A stretch of DNA of 41,624 nt, taken from Vicinamibacterales bacterium (GTDB lineage Bacteria > Acidobacteriota > Vicinamibacteria > Vicinamibacterales > SCN-69-37). The stretch is taken from contig JBKJTD010000412.1 in assembly GCA_046590915.1 (NCBI GenBank), positions 1-41,624 of the forward strand, given 5' to 3'. Within the stretch, counting starts at the first letter, position 1. Each line of letters starts with the position of its first letter. A model generated the notes under the pieces. It was given only the letters and a program-made list of their open reading frames with translations. It searched no databases and was not told where the DNA came from. Positions 34,412 through 41,624 of this stretch are shown in pieces. The position numbers were made by a program, and so were the translations under genes.

Positions 34412-34532
34412 CCCTCGGGGCCGGGTCGACCACCGCAGCCTGCGCCAGCTCGGGCCGAGAAATCCCGGGCCGGCTCGCTTCCTGATGCAGGCGCGCGACG
34501 TGAGCTGATTCGAGTTCGAGGAGGACCTTCAT
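34395..34532 (-). pseudogene. Small 45-aa ORF, possible ribbon-helix-helix antitoxin remnant
   Basis: MKVLLELESAHVARLHQEASRPGISRPELAQAAVVD...: beta-strand + L..EA...GIS..EL...AV pattern. ATGA overlap with the MFS stop. Confidence 0.4.
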
Positions 34533-35773
34533 GGCTCTACCTTACGTCCGTGACAGGAGTTCAGCAAGGTGGTCGGCCTGGCCAGGAGCCAATAAAGTCC
34601 AGGAGCCCACAGGGAGAAGCCCACGATCGCCACAAGCACGTGCGGTGAGAAGTGGAAGACGTCGAGCGCTGTGGCGGTGATGTAAGAGACGACGGACTGC
34701 ACGACTGCGAGCGCGAAGAGTTCGGCGGAGAAGACGCGGCCGCGGAATTTGTCCGGAACGTTCATCTGCAGGAGAACGTTGCTCGACACCCAGAGGATCG
34801 AGCCGAAGACATGCGCGGCAATCACAGCGAGTGCGGCAACCCAGATCGTCGGCGCGATCGCGATGGACGCATAACAGGCGCCGGCGATCAAATACGAGGG
34901 TCCGATCATCCGGACGAGATTGCGCTGCCGGGCGGCGAGCACTGACACGATGAGCGATCCGGCCATCGCGCCGATGCCGCGAGCTCCGTAGAGCACGCCT
35001 ATGCCTGCGTCACTCGAGTCGCCGATGCGAAAGACACGGTCTCCGAACACGGTCAGTAGCAAGAGTGCCCCTCCGACCAAGGCCCATCCGCCTTTCACCA
35101 GCGCTATGCGCGCGACCTCCTTGTGTGCGCGCATGTAGGCGAGCCCTTCGAGCAGGCCCGTGAGCCCGGCCGAGGCCCGGGCACTCTCCGGGCGCGCCGG
35201 GATGCGCAGTTGCCAGAGGAAGACAGCGGAGAGAAAAAACGACGCGGCGTTAATGATGAAGGCGGCATCCCGCCCGAGCGTGGCCGCGACGAGCCCTCCG
35301 AGCGAAGCGCCAATGGCGAGCATTGCCGACCACGTGCCGGTCGAAATGGCGTTGGCGGCGACCAGCCGTTCGCGCGCAACGATCATTGGCACGGTGGACG
35401 ATCGCGCGGGTTCAAAAAAGCCGCTCGCCGATACCTGAATCGCGGTGACGACATACGCGAACCAGACGGTCTCCGGCGTGCGCACGAAGAGCAGCCCAAG
35501 CACCGCGCAGCCGCGGATCAGATCTGCCGCGATCATGATCTTGCGACGATCAAATCGATCCACCATCACGCCCGCCGCGGGACCAACGATGGCGACGGGC
35601 AGCACCTGCAGGACCATCAATATGGCCACGGCAGTCGCTGACCCGGTCAGTTCAAAAATGAGCGCGAAAATGGCTACCGTGTTGAACCAGTCGCCGAGTT
35701 GACTGACGATTTGGCCGAACCAGAGGAACCGGAAATTCCGGTTTGAGCGAACAAGCTCGATCAGGCTACGCAA
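34529..35773 (-). CDS. Major facilitator superfamily transporter
   Basis: NFR.LW.GQ.VS.LGD, motif A G.MVDRFDRRK, 12 predicted TM segments. Confidence 0.93.
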   Translation of the reverse strand: MRSLIELVRSNRNFRFLWFGQIVSQLGDWFNTVAIFALIFELTGSATAVAILMVLQVLPVAIVGPAAGVMVDRFDRRKIMIAADLIRGCAVLGLLFVRTPETVWFAYVVTAIQVSASGFFEPARSSTVPMIVARERLVAANAISTGTWSAMLAIGASLGGLVAATLGRDAAFIINAASFFLSAVFLWQLRIPARPESARASAGLTGLLEGLAYMRAHKEVARIALVKGGWALVGGALLLLTVFGDRVFRIGDSSDAGIGVLYGARGIGAMAGSLIVSVLAARQRNLVRMIGPSYLIAGACYASIAIAPTIWVAALAVIAAHVFGSILWVSSNVLLQMNVPDKFRGRVFSAELFALAVVQSVVSYITATALDVFHFSPHVLVAIVGFSLWAPGLYWLLARPTTLLNSCHGRKVEP

Positions 35774-36710
35774 GGATCCGCCGCAGCACCGCTTCGTCGA
35801 CGTTGCGGCCCGTGACCATCACACCGACGCGAGAGCCTTCGAGTCCGAGTCCACCTTGGAGCAGCGCGGCGACACCGGTGGCGCCCGCCCCCTCGGTGAC
35901 GAGGCGCTCGCGCCACACCAGCGAACGCATCGCCGTCTCGATCGAAGACTCCGCGACAAGGACGACCGCGTCCACCAGGTCGCTTACCATCGCAAAGGTC
36001 ATGCTGCCGGGCTCCAAGTTGCCCGCGAGGCCGTCTGCGAGGGTCTGATGCACCTGCACCGTTGTGATTTCACCGTTGGCCAGCGCCGCGGTAAACACCG
36101 GCGAGGCTTCCGCCTCGGCTCCAATCAGCCGCACCTTCCGGGGATGTTCCTGCGTGACCAGGCCGGCCCCCGCCAGTAAGCCGCCGCCACCGAGGGGGAC
36201 CACAATGGCGTCAAGCCCGGGTTCGTCCTCGAGCATCTCGAGGGCAACAGTTCCGGCCCCGGCGATCACATCCGGATGGTTGTACGGCGATATATACACG
36301 GTGCCGGTCGCCGTCGCGTCCTCGCGCGCGAGCCGCTCGGCTTCGTCGTAGCTGGCCTGTTCGATGAGCTCTGCCCCGTTGGCCGCGAGGGTCTTTTTTT
36401 TGGCGTCCGGCGCCGTCTTCGGCACGTGCACCCGAAGTGCAATGCCCAGTTCGCGGGCCGCGATCGACATGGCCACTCCATGATTGCCTGCCGACGCTGT
36501 CACCACCGAGGTCACCTCGGGCCGAGTGGCCTTGAGCCGCATCAATGCGTTGTAGGCCCCGCGAATCTTGAACGACCCGCCCGGCTGCACCGACTCGAGT
36601 TTGATCCAGACCTCTGCCTGGCACCGATCCGACAGCCATGCTGACTTTAGAAGGGGCGTCCGGCAGACGCGAAGCCTTCGGGCTGCTGCTTCAACGTCCG
36701 CACGGTTCAT
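35766..36710 (-). CDS. PLP-dependent threonine/serine dehydratase (catabolic type, no ACT domain)
   Basis: RTPL, KLE..Q..GSFKIRGA, SAGNHG, PLGGGGL, ADGL, EGAGA. Likely start MNRADV at 36710. Confidence 0.92.
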   Translation of the reverse strand: MNRADVEAAARRLRVCRTPLLKSAWLSDRCQAEVWIKLESVQPGGSFKIRGAYNALMRLKATRPEVTSVVTASAGNHGVAMSIAARELGIALRVHVPKTAPDAKKKTLAANGAELIEQASYDEAERLAREDATATGTVYISPYNHPDVIAGAGTVALEMLEDEPGLDAIVVPLGGGGLLAGAGLVTQEHPRKVRLIGAEAEASPVFTAALANGEITTVQVHQTLADGLAGNLEPGSMTFAMVSDLVDAVVLVAESSIETAMRSLVWRERLVTEGAGATGVAALLQGGLGLEGSRVGVMVTGRNVDEAVLRRILA

Positions 36711-36722
36711 AATCAAATTATG
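36708..36722. promoter_or_regulatory. Symmetric bidirectional leaderless promoter candidate
   Basis: CATAAT-CAA-ATTATG palindrome containing both divergent start codons. Confidence 0.6.
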
Positions 36723-37358
36723 CACATCTGGACCACCGCCGCGCCCCCCTTCCACAAAAACGGATACGTCGTGGCGTGCGAGGACACCCGCGACGCCATC
36801 GTGATCGATCCGGGAGACGATGTGCGGGAGCAGTTGGCGATTGTCAAACGTGAGGGAGTGAATGTGAAGATGATCCTGCTCACGCATGCGCACCTTGATC
36901 ACGTCACCGGCGTTGGACCCGCGAAGCACACGCTCGGTGTGGACGTATGGCTCCACCCCGACGACCTGTTTCTCTATGAACGTACCTCGGAGCAGGCGAA
37001 GATGTTCGGGATGCAGGCGGAGCAGCCCCCGCCGCCCGATCACTTCTACGGACCAGGGCAGACGTTTACGTTCGGCCACCTGAAGGTGGAGGTCGGACAC
37101 ACGCCCGGTCATTGTCCCGGCGGGGTGGTTCTGGCCATCGGACGACAGGGGCAGTCCGCACGTGAACTGTTTGTCGGGGATACGCTGTTCGCGGGTTCGA
37201 TCGGTCGTACGGATCTGCCAGGCGGGGATTTCGATACGTTGATCGCGTCAATCAGGAACGTACTGTTCGCGTACCCCGACTCAACCATCGTGCACTCGGG
37301 CCACGGACCCGACACGACGATCGGCGAGGAACGCCGAACGAATCCGTTCCTGACCTAG
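36720..37358 (+). CDS. MBL-fold metallo-hydrolase (glyoxalase II/YcbL-like)
   Basis: IDPG, THAHLDH, HTPGH, GDTLF, GRTD, SGHG. Confidence 0.93.
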   Translation: MHIWTTAAPPFHKNGYVVACEDTRDAIVIDPGDDVREQLAIVKREGVNVKMILLTHAHLDHVTGVGPAKHTLGVDVWLHPDDLFLYERTSEQAKMFGMQAEQPPPPDHFYGPGQTFTFGHLKVEVGHTPGHCPGGVVLAIGRQGQSARELFVGDTLFAGSIGRTDLPGGDFDTLIASIRNVLFAYPDSTIVHSGHGPDTTIGEERRTNPFLT

Positions 37359-37648
37359 TCTTCCTGAACCGTAAACGTCACACGTCCGACGCCGACCATA
37401 TCGCCGGTGCGAAGGACGGCGCGCGCGGTAGGCGTGCCGTTGACTGATGTCCCGTTGGTGCTGCCGAGGTCTTCCAAAACCAGCTGGCCGGTCACATCGG
37501 CCGTCAGGCGGCAATGCAGTCGTGACACGAGAGGTGCCTCGAAGATGAAATCGGCCTGCGCCCCACGCCCTATCGTCTTGGCCACTCCGGGCGTAATCCG
37601 CACCAGTCGCGGCGTCTCATCGTCACTCTGCAGAATCCATCCGGCCAT
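37355..37648 (-). CDS. Stand-alone FHA-domain protein
   Basis: IGR, VSRLH, DLGSTNGT.VNG, L..GD. Confidence 0.92.
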   Translation of the reverse strand: MAGWILQSDDETPRLVRITPGVAKTIGRGAQADFIFEAPLVSRLHCRLTADVTGQLVLEDLGSTNGTSVNGTPTARAVLRTGDMVGVGRVTFTVQED

Positions 37649-37672
37649 ATGGCGACAGAGTGTACACCGAGC

Positions 37673-39349
37673 TCACTTCTGCCGGGCGAACACCTCGCCG
37701 AGCCACGCGATCAGCGCATCGGTGATCGCCTTCGACACGTTCTTGTCGGGCAGGGTCGCGTACTCTTCCGCCTCGCCCGTTGTCGCGGGCACGAGCAGGT
37801 GATTCACGCCGGGCACCACGACTTTGCGCGTGGGCACCGCGGTGCGCGCGCGGCGCTTATTGGCCAGCCCCTCAAGTGCGTCGGCGTGTGATGGCGGGAT
37901 CTGAAAGTCGAGCGCTCCTTGCACGATGAGCACCGGCTGGTCCGTTCTGCGCATCGCTTCGACTGGATCAAATGACAGCCAGCTCTTGAACCAGAGCGTA
38001 TCGGCCTGCCTGCGCAGCTCGGGCGGGATGGTCTCCCATCCACGACCCGAGGTGACGGCATCCATCAATCTTGTTTGCAGCGCGATCTTCTCCTGTTGTG
38101 ACGCATCCGATTCCGAAGAGCGACTCAGGGCGTGGCGCTGTTGAGCCAGCGTGATTTCTCGACCGGTCGTTCCCGGCGCGGCCAGAAGCGCGATCGCATC
38201 GATGTCGCCCTTTTGCTGTCCCGCAGCAAGGAGCGCCACTGCGCCGCCTTCCGAATGACCGACCAGAGCCACGTGGTCGCGGTCGACATCCTGGCGGTGA
38301 CGCACCCACTGCACCACCGTGAGAGCATCCTCGGCGTAAGCCTGGATGGATGTGCTCTCGATACGGCCGCCACTTTGTCCCACGCCTCGTTTGTCATAGC
38401 GGACGACGAAGTAACCCGCGTCAGACAACCTCGCCGCAACCTGGCCGAGAATAGGGATGCCAAAGACGGTTTCGTCGCGATCCTGGGCGCCGGAGCCCGA
38501 CAACAGAATCACCACCGGGGCTTTGACGACTGGCGCCGCCGCGGGAGTGATCGTTGCCGCAATGTTGAAGCCGTTCGCGGGAATAAACAGTTCTTCGTCG
38601 CGCGGATGGCTGAAGCTGTCGAGCCGTGCCATCACGGTCGACAGGTCATCACGCACGACCGCCACGGATGCCACCGGAATGGCCAGTCGCGCCAGGCGCC
38701 CGCGCGCATCCACCCAGACCTCGATGTTCAATGGACCTGACGGGTTGGGGAAAATCAGATCGAACTGGCGCAGCTCGTACTTGGTTGAGGGCGTCTCCAT
38801 CCGGCGTGGCGTGATGCGATCGATACGCACGCCGAGCTCGGTCTGCGGTGCGATGTAGACAGGCACCATGTCGCCCACCGCGCTCACGTGCAGACGCATT
38901 GCAAGCGCCTCGTACGCCGAGTAGAAATTATTGGGAAGGATGACTGTCGACGTCGAGACCTTGTGCGTCAGCTTCGACTGTTGCCCCGCCTGCACCACCT
39001 CGGACACCGCGTCGTTGTTGGCAAATGTCGTCTTGAGCGACATCGGCTGGCCACGCAACTGGCCGCTGATCTCCAGCGACCGCGTGTCCCAGTTTGCGGC
39101 GTATCTGGCGATGAACGTGTCAAATGCAAAATTGAGCGGCGCGCCGGAGTTGCCGGTGGCCGTGATGGTCCAGCCATCAGACGCACGCGAGACCTCGACG
39201 TGTTCGGCGCCGACGCGCTGGCCACGGAGAAATATCGTGAAGTCCGCAGGGCCGGCCTGGTCGTGGGACTGCGCCGAAAGGGACGAGAGCGCGCACGTGG
39301 CGCCCACGGCCAGGACCAAGGCACTAGAATGACGAAGCCATCGATTCAT
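37673..39349 (-). CDS. Secreted alpha/beta hydrolase with N-terminal beta-rich domain
   Basis: Signal-like N-terminus, SGSG.QDRD, RYDKRGVG, nucleophile GHSEG, G..D.Q, NHL. Confidence 0.88.
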   Translation of the reverse strand: MNRWLRHSSALVLAVGATCALSSLSAQSHDQAGPADFTIFLRGQRVGAEHVEVSRASDGWTITATGNSGAPLNFAFDTFIARYAANWDTRSLEISGQLRGQPMSLKTTFANNDAVSEVVQAGQQSKLTHKVSTSTVILPNNFYSAYEALAMRLHVSAVGDMVPVYIAPQTELGVRIDRITPRRMETPSTKYELRQFDLIFPNPSGPLNIEVWVDARGRLARLAIPVASVAVVRDDLSTVMARLDSFSHPRDEELFIPANGFNIAATITPAAAPVVKAPVVILLSGSGAQDRDETVFGIPILGQVAARLSDAGYFVVRYDKRGVGQSGGRIESTSIQAYAEDALTVVQWVRHRQDVDRDHVALVGHSEGGAVALLAAGQQKGDIDAIALLAAPGTTGREITLAQQRHALSRSSESDASQQEKIALQTRLMDAVTSGRGWETIPPELRRQADTLWFKSWLSFDPVEAMRRTDQPVLIVQGALDFQIPPSHADALEGLANKRRARTAVPTRKVVVPGVNHLLVPATTGEAEEYATLPDKNVSKAITDALIAWLGEVFARQK

Positions 39350-40307
39350 GACGCTCCAGTATCGCACCATCGAAGAATCGGCCATGTCGGCCGACATCAG
39401 TTCACGGGGACGCCTGCGTTTTGAGGGGCCCGATGCCGCCTCGTTCCTGCATGCGCTCGTCACTAATGACGTCGAAGGCCTGCCACCTGGTCGGGGGTGT
39501 TACGCCGCATGGCTCACGCCACAGGGCCGGATGATCACCGATCTGCTGCTGCTTCGCGATGCAACCGGCGTCTGGGCGGAGGTCCCTGAGGGGATGGCGC
39601 CTGCCCTTCTGGTGCGCTTCGACCAGCTGATTTTTTCCGAACGGGTACAGGTCACCGACGTCACCGATTCGCACCGCGTGTGGCTCGTCGTCGGCAGTGG
39701 GGCAGTCGCCGCTGTGGCGGAGGCGACCGGTGCCGATCCCGCCACAATCGAAGCCCTGCCGATGTTCGGGCACCTGACCTCAGGTGATATCCAGGTGATC
39801 CGCACCGACGAGACAGCGCTGCCGACTTTCCAACTGTGGTCCCCTAAAATGAGCTCGGAGGCGATTTCCGGAGAAATCGCCTCCGAGCTCATTTTCGATG
39901 CCCTCCGCATCGAGGCCGGGCGCCCGAAGTTCGGGGTCGACATGACCACCGACACGATCCCGCTTGAAGCGGGCCTGCTCGGCCGCGCGATCAGCCAGAC
40001 CAAGGGCTGCTACGTTGGCCAGGAGGTCATCGTCCGCATCCTCCACCGAGGTGGCGGCAAGGTCGTCAAGCACCTGATGACCCTCGAGTTTGACGAGACC
40101 GTGACCGAGGTGCCTGCGGTGGGCACGACGCTCGCGGATGCCGGGAAGAATGACGGCAGAGATGTCGGCGTCCTCACCAGCGCAGCCCGCAGTCTCACGA
40201 CCGGCCGGATCATCGCACTTGGGTACGTCCACCGGGATGCAGCCACAGTCGGTCAGGGGCTGCATTCGACGGCCGGCGCTGTTACGATCACAGGCTTTGC
40301 TGGTTGA
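39348..40307 (+). CDS. ygfZ: YgfZ/GcvT-family folate-binding protein
   Basis: GPDA..FL....TND, L.PQGR, RIEAG, signature KGCYVGQE. Confidence 0.92.
   Translation: MTLQYRTIEESAMSADISSRGRLRFEGPDAASFLHALVTNDVEGLPPGRGCYAAWLTPQGRMITDLLLLRDATGVWAEVPEGMAPALLVRFDQLIFSERVQVTDVTDSHRVWLVVGSGAVAAVAEATGADPATIEALPMFGHLTSGDIQVIRTDETALPTFQLWSPKMSSEAISGEIASELIFDALRIEAGRPKFGVDMTTDTIPLEAGLLGRAISQTKGCYVGQEVIVRILHRGGGKVVKHLMTLEFDETVTEVPAVGTTLADAGKNDGRDVGVLTSAARSLTTGRIIALGYVHRDAATVGQGLHSTAGAVTITGFAG
39846..39896. repeat. 51-bp intragenic palindromic element, copy 2 (in ygfZ)
   Basis: 23-bp perfect arms around a CGGA loop; encodes KMSSEAISGEIASELIF in frame. Confidence 0.95.
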
Positions 40308-40327
40308 ATAGACAAAAACACACGAAC

Positions 40328-41344
40328 ATGTCCCAACTGCCCATCACCGAATTCATCCTCCGCAACTACAAGAACTTCAACTCGCGCGCCACCCGCGACG
40401 CGTTCATCGCGTACTGGCGCCACGTCGAAGGGGGCGGCAAGATGTTCTGGGCAGTCGCCGGCGCGATGTCGTCGGCGCAGCTGGGCATCACGCTTGCCCC
40501 GGCCATCAGAGAGGGACTGGTCCATGGGCTCTCGGTGACGGGGGCCAACCTTGAGGAGTCGCTCTTCCGACTCGTCGCGCACCATAGCTACAAGGACTTT
40601 CCCGAATACCGCTATTTCACCAAGCAGGACGACACACGCATCCTCAACGACCGCATGCGTCGCGTTACGGACACGTCGATCCCAGAGGACGAAGCGTTTC
40701 GTGCCGTGGAAAAATACGTCGTGCCAATGTGGAAACACGCCAGCGAGACGGGCACTCGCCGCTTCTGGCACGAGTATTTTTACGAACTGGTGCAGGTGAT
40801 CGACAAGGGTTCCTACGAGGGCAATCCTGACGAGTCGTGGCTGCTCGCTGCCGCGGAGAAAAAGCTGCCGATCGTGGTGCCCGGTTATGAGGACTCAACG
40901 TTTGGCAACATCTTCGCGGCACACGTGAAGGTCGGCGACTGCAACGCAAGCATCGCCAAGTCGGGCATCGAGTACATGGGCGAGTTGTACGACCAGTATC
41001 AGGTGTTGTCGGAGGGGGCAGGTGTGGGCTTCTTCCAGATCGGTGGCGGAATCGCGGGCGACTTTCCGATTTGTGTCGTGCCGTCGCTCAAGTACGACAT
41101 GGAATCCGAGGCCAAGCCGTGGGCGTATTTTTGCCAGATCTCAGACTCGACCACATCGTACGGGTCATACTCCGGCGCGACGCCGAACGAAAAAATCACC
41201 TGGGACAAGCTGACGGAAGACACGCCGATGTTTGTCATCGAGTCGGACGCCACCATCGTGGTGCCGCTGATGTTGAGCGCGCTGCTGGAGTGCAAACGCC
41301 ATCCGAAGGAAGCGGCGGCGTTGATTAACGGGTTCACCGGCTAG
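40328..41344 (+). CDS. Deoxyhypusine synthase-like protein (bacterial DHS family)
   Basis: AGAMSS, TGANLEE, PG.EDST.GN, IGGGIAGDF, YSGA.PNEKITW.K, ESDAT. Confidence 0.92.
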   Translation: MSQLPITEFILRNYKNFNSRATRDAFIAYWRHVEGGGKMFWAVAGAMSSAQLGITLAPAIREGLVHGLSVTGANLEESLFRLVAHHSYKDFPEYRYFTKQDDTRILNDRMRRVTDTSIPEDEAFRAVEKYVVPMWKHASETGTRRFWHEYFYELVQVIDKGSYEGNPDESWLLAAAEKKLPIVVPGYEDSTFGNIFAAHVKVGDCNASIAKSGIEYMGELYDQYQVLSEGAGVGFFQIGGGIAGDFPICVVPSLKYDMESEAKPWAYFCQISDSTTSYGSYSGATPNEKITWDKLTEDTPMFVIESDATIVVPLMLSALLECKRHPKEAAALINGFTG

Positions 41345-41346
41345 AG

Positions 41347-41624
41347 ATGTCCACGCTGGCCGGCTGGGGCCGGCTTCCCGAGCCGGGCACCGAGGTGCTC
41401 GATGAGGATCTCGAACGACTGACCCAGGGCGCCGCCCTGTCGCGCGGTCTCGGCCGTTCCTACGGTGACTCATCCTTGCCCGCGAGCGCGACTGACAAGG
41501 TTGCCGCCACTCGACTCGCCAATCGCATCCTCTCGTTTGACTCCGCCACCGGCGTGATGCGCGCGGAAGCGGGGCTCAGCCTGGTGAATCTCATCAGGCT
41601 CATGTTGCCGCGCGGATGGTTTCC
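41347..41624 (+). CDS. FAD-binding oxidoreductase (DprE1-like), partial at window end
   Basis: MSTLAGWGR...SRGLGRSYGDSSL...FDSATG...AEAG.SL; no stop before the window end. Confidence 0.85.
   Translation, partial: MSTLAGWGRLPEPGTEVLDEDLERLTQGAALSRGLGRSYGDSSLPASATDKVAATRLANRILSFDSATGVMRAEAGLSLVNLIRLMLPRGWF

Noticed and set aside
36711-37112. 134-aa N-terminal extension of the dehydratase in the ORF track
   Set aside because: It is the antisense of the MBL hydrolase; family similarity begins at MNRADV (36710).
39350-39463. N-terminal extension of the alpha/beta hydrolase
   Set aside because: Antisense to ygfZ; the signal-peptide-like sequence starts at 39349.
12299-39896. The two 51-bp palindromes as ends of one composite mobile element or as CRISPR repeats
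   Set aside because: The interval contains core housekeeping genes, both copies are mid-CDS, and there is no TSD, spacer array or cas gene.
1-41624. tRNA, rRNA or CRISPR arrays
   Set aside because: None recognised by eye; intergenic gaps are short and lack the expected motifs (tRNAscan/Infernal not run).

Overview
High-GC bacterial chromosomal window, gene-dense. The gene content (carboxypeptidase-domain TonB receptor, Hanks kinase-TPR with TIGR02999-type ECF, propeller hybrid kinase) suggests Acidobacteriota, probably Vicinamibacteria; this is inference. The left end is accessory: a partial hicB, an IS481-family element, a degenerate attC-like hairpin and an hsdM fragment. Next come panE-tauE-DUF1634 and, on the minus strand, a sigma54-preceded SNF2 helicase + Eco57I/type IIG-like adenine methyltransferase pair, a NrfC-NrfD fusion with a Tat-less molybdopterin oxidoreductase, and a His-less GAF sensor. 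The middle holds a Ser/Thr kinase with a 49-aa ECF remnant, DinB, queF, HU, lpdA-E2-lipB, a catalytically degenerate MDH-like gene, carbonic anhydrase, DUF1428 and a hybrid kinase. A toxin-antitoxin patch (truncated HEPN + MNT, AbrB-Doc) and GntR-TonB receptor follow, then pheA, MFS, Thr/Ser dehydratase, MBL hydrolase, FHA, alpha/beta hydrolase, ygfZ, a DHS-like gene and a partial FAD oxidoreductase. The most striking unexplained signal is a 51-bp (exactly 17-codon) near-perfect palindrome present twice, codon-aligned inside two unrelated genes (helicase and ygfZ), in opposite orientation relative to its hosts and with a compensatory stem base-pair change. All protein family calls come from motif recognition by eye; no searches were run.
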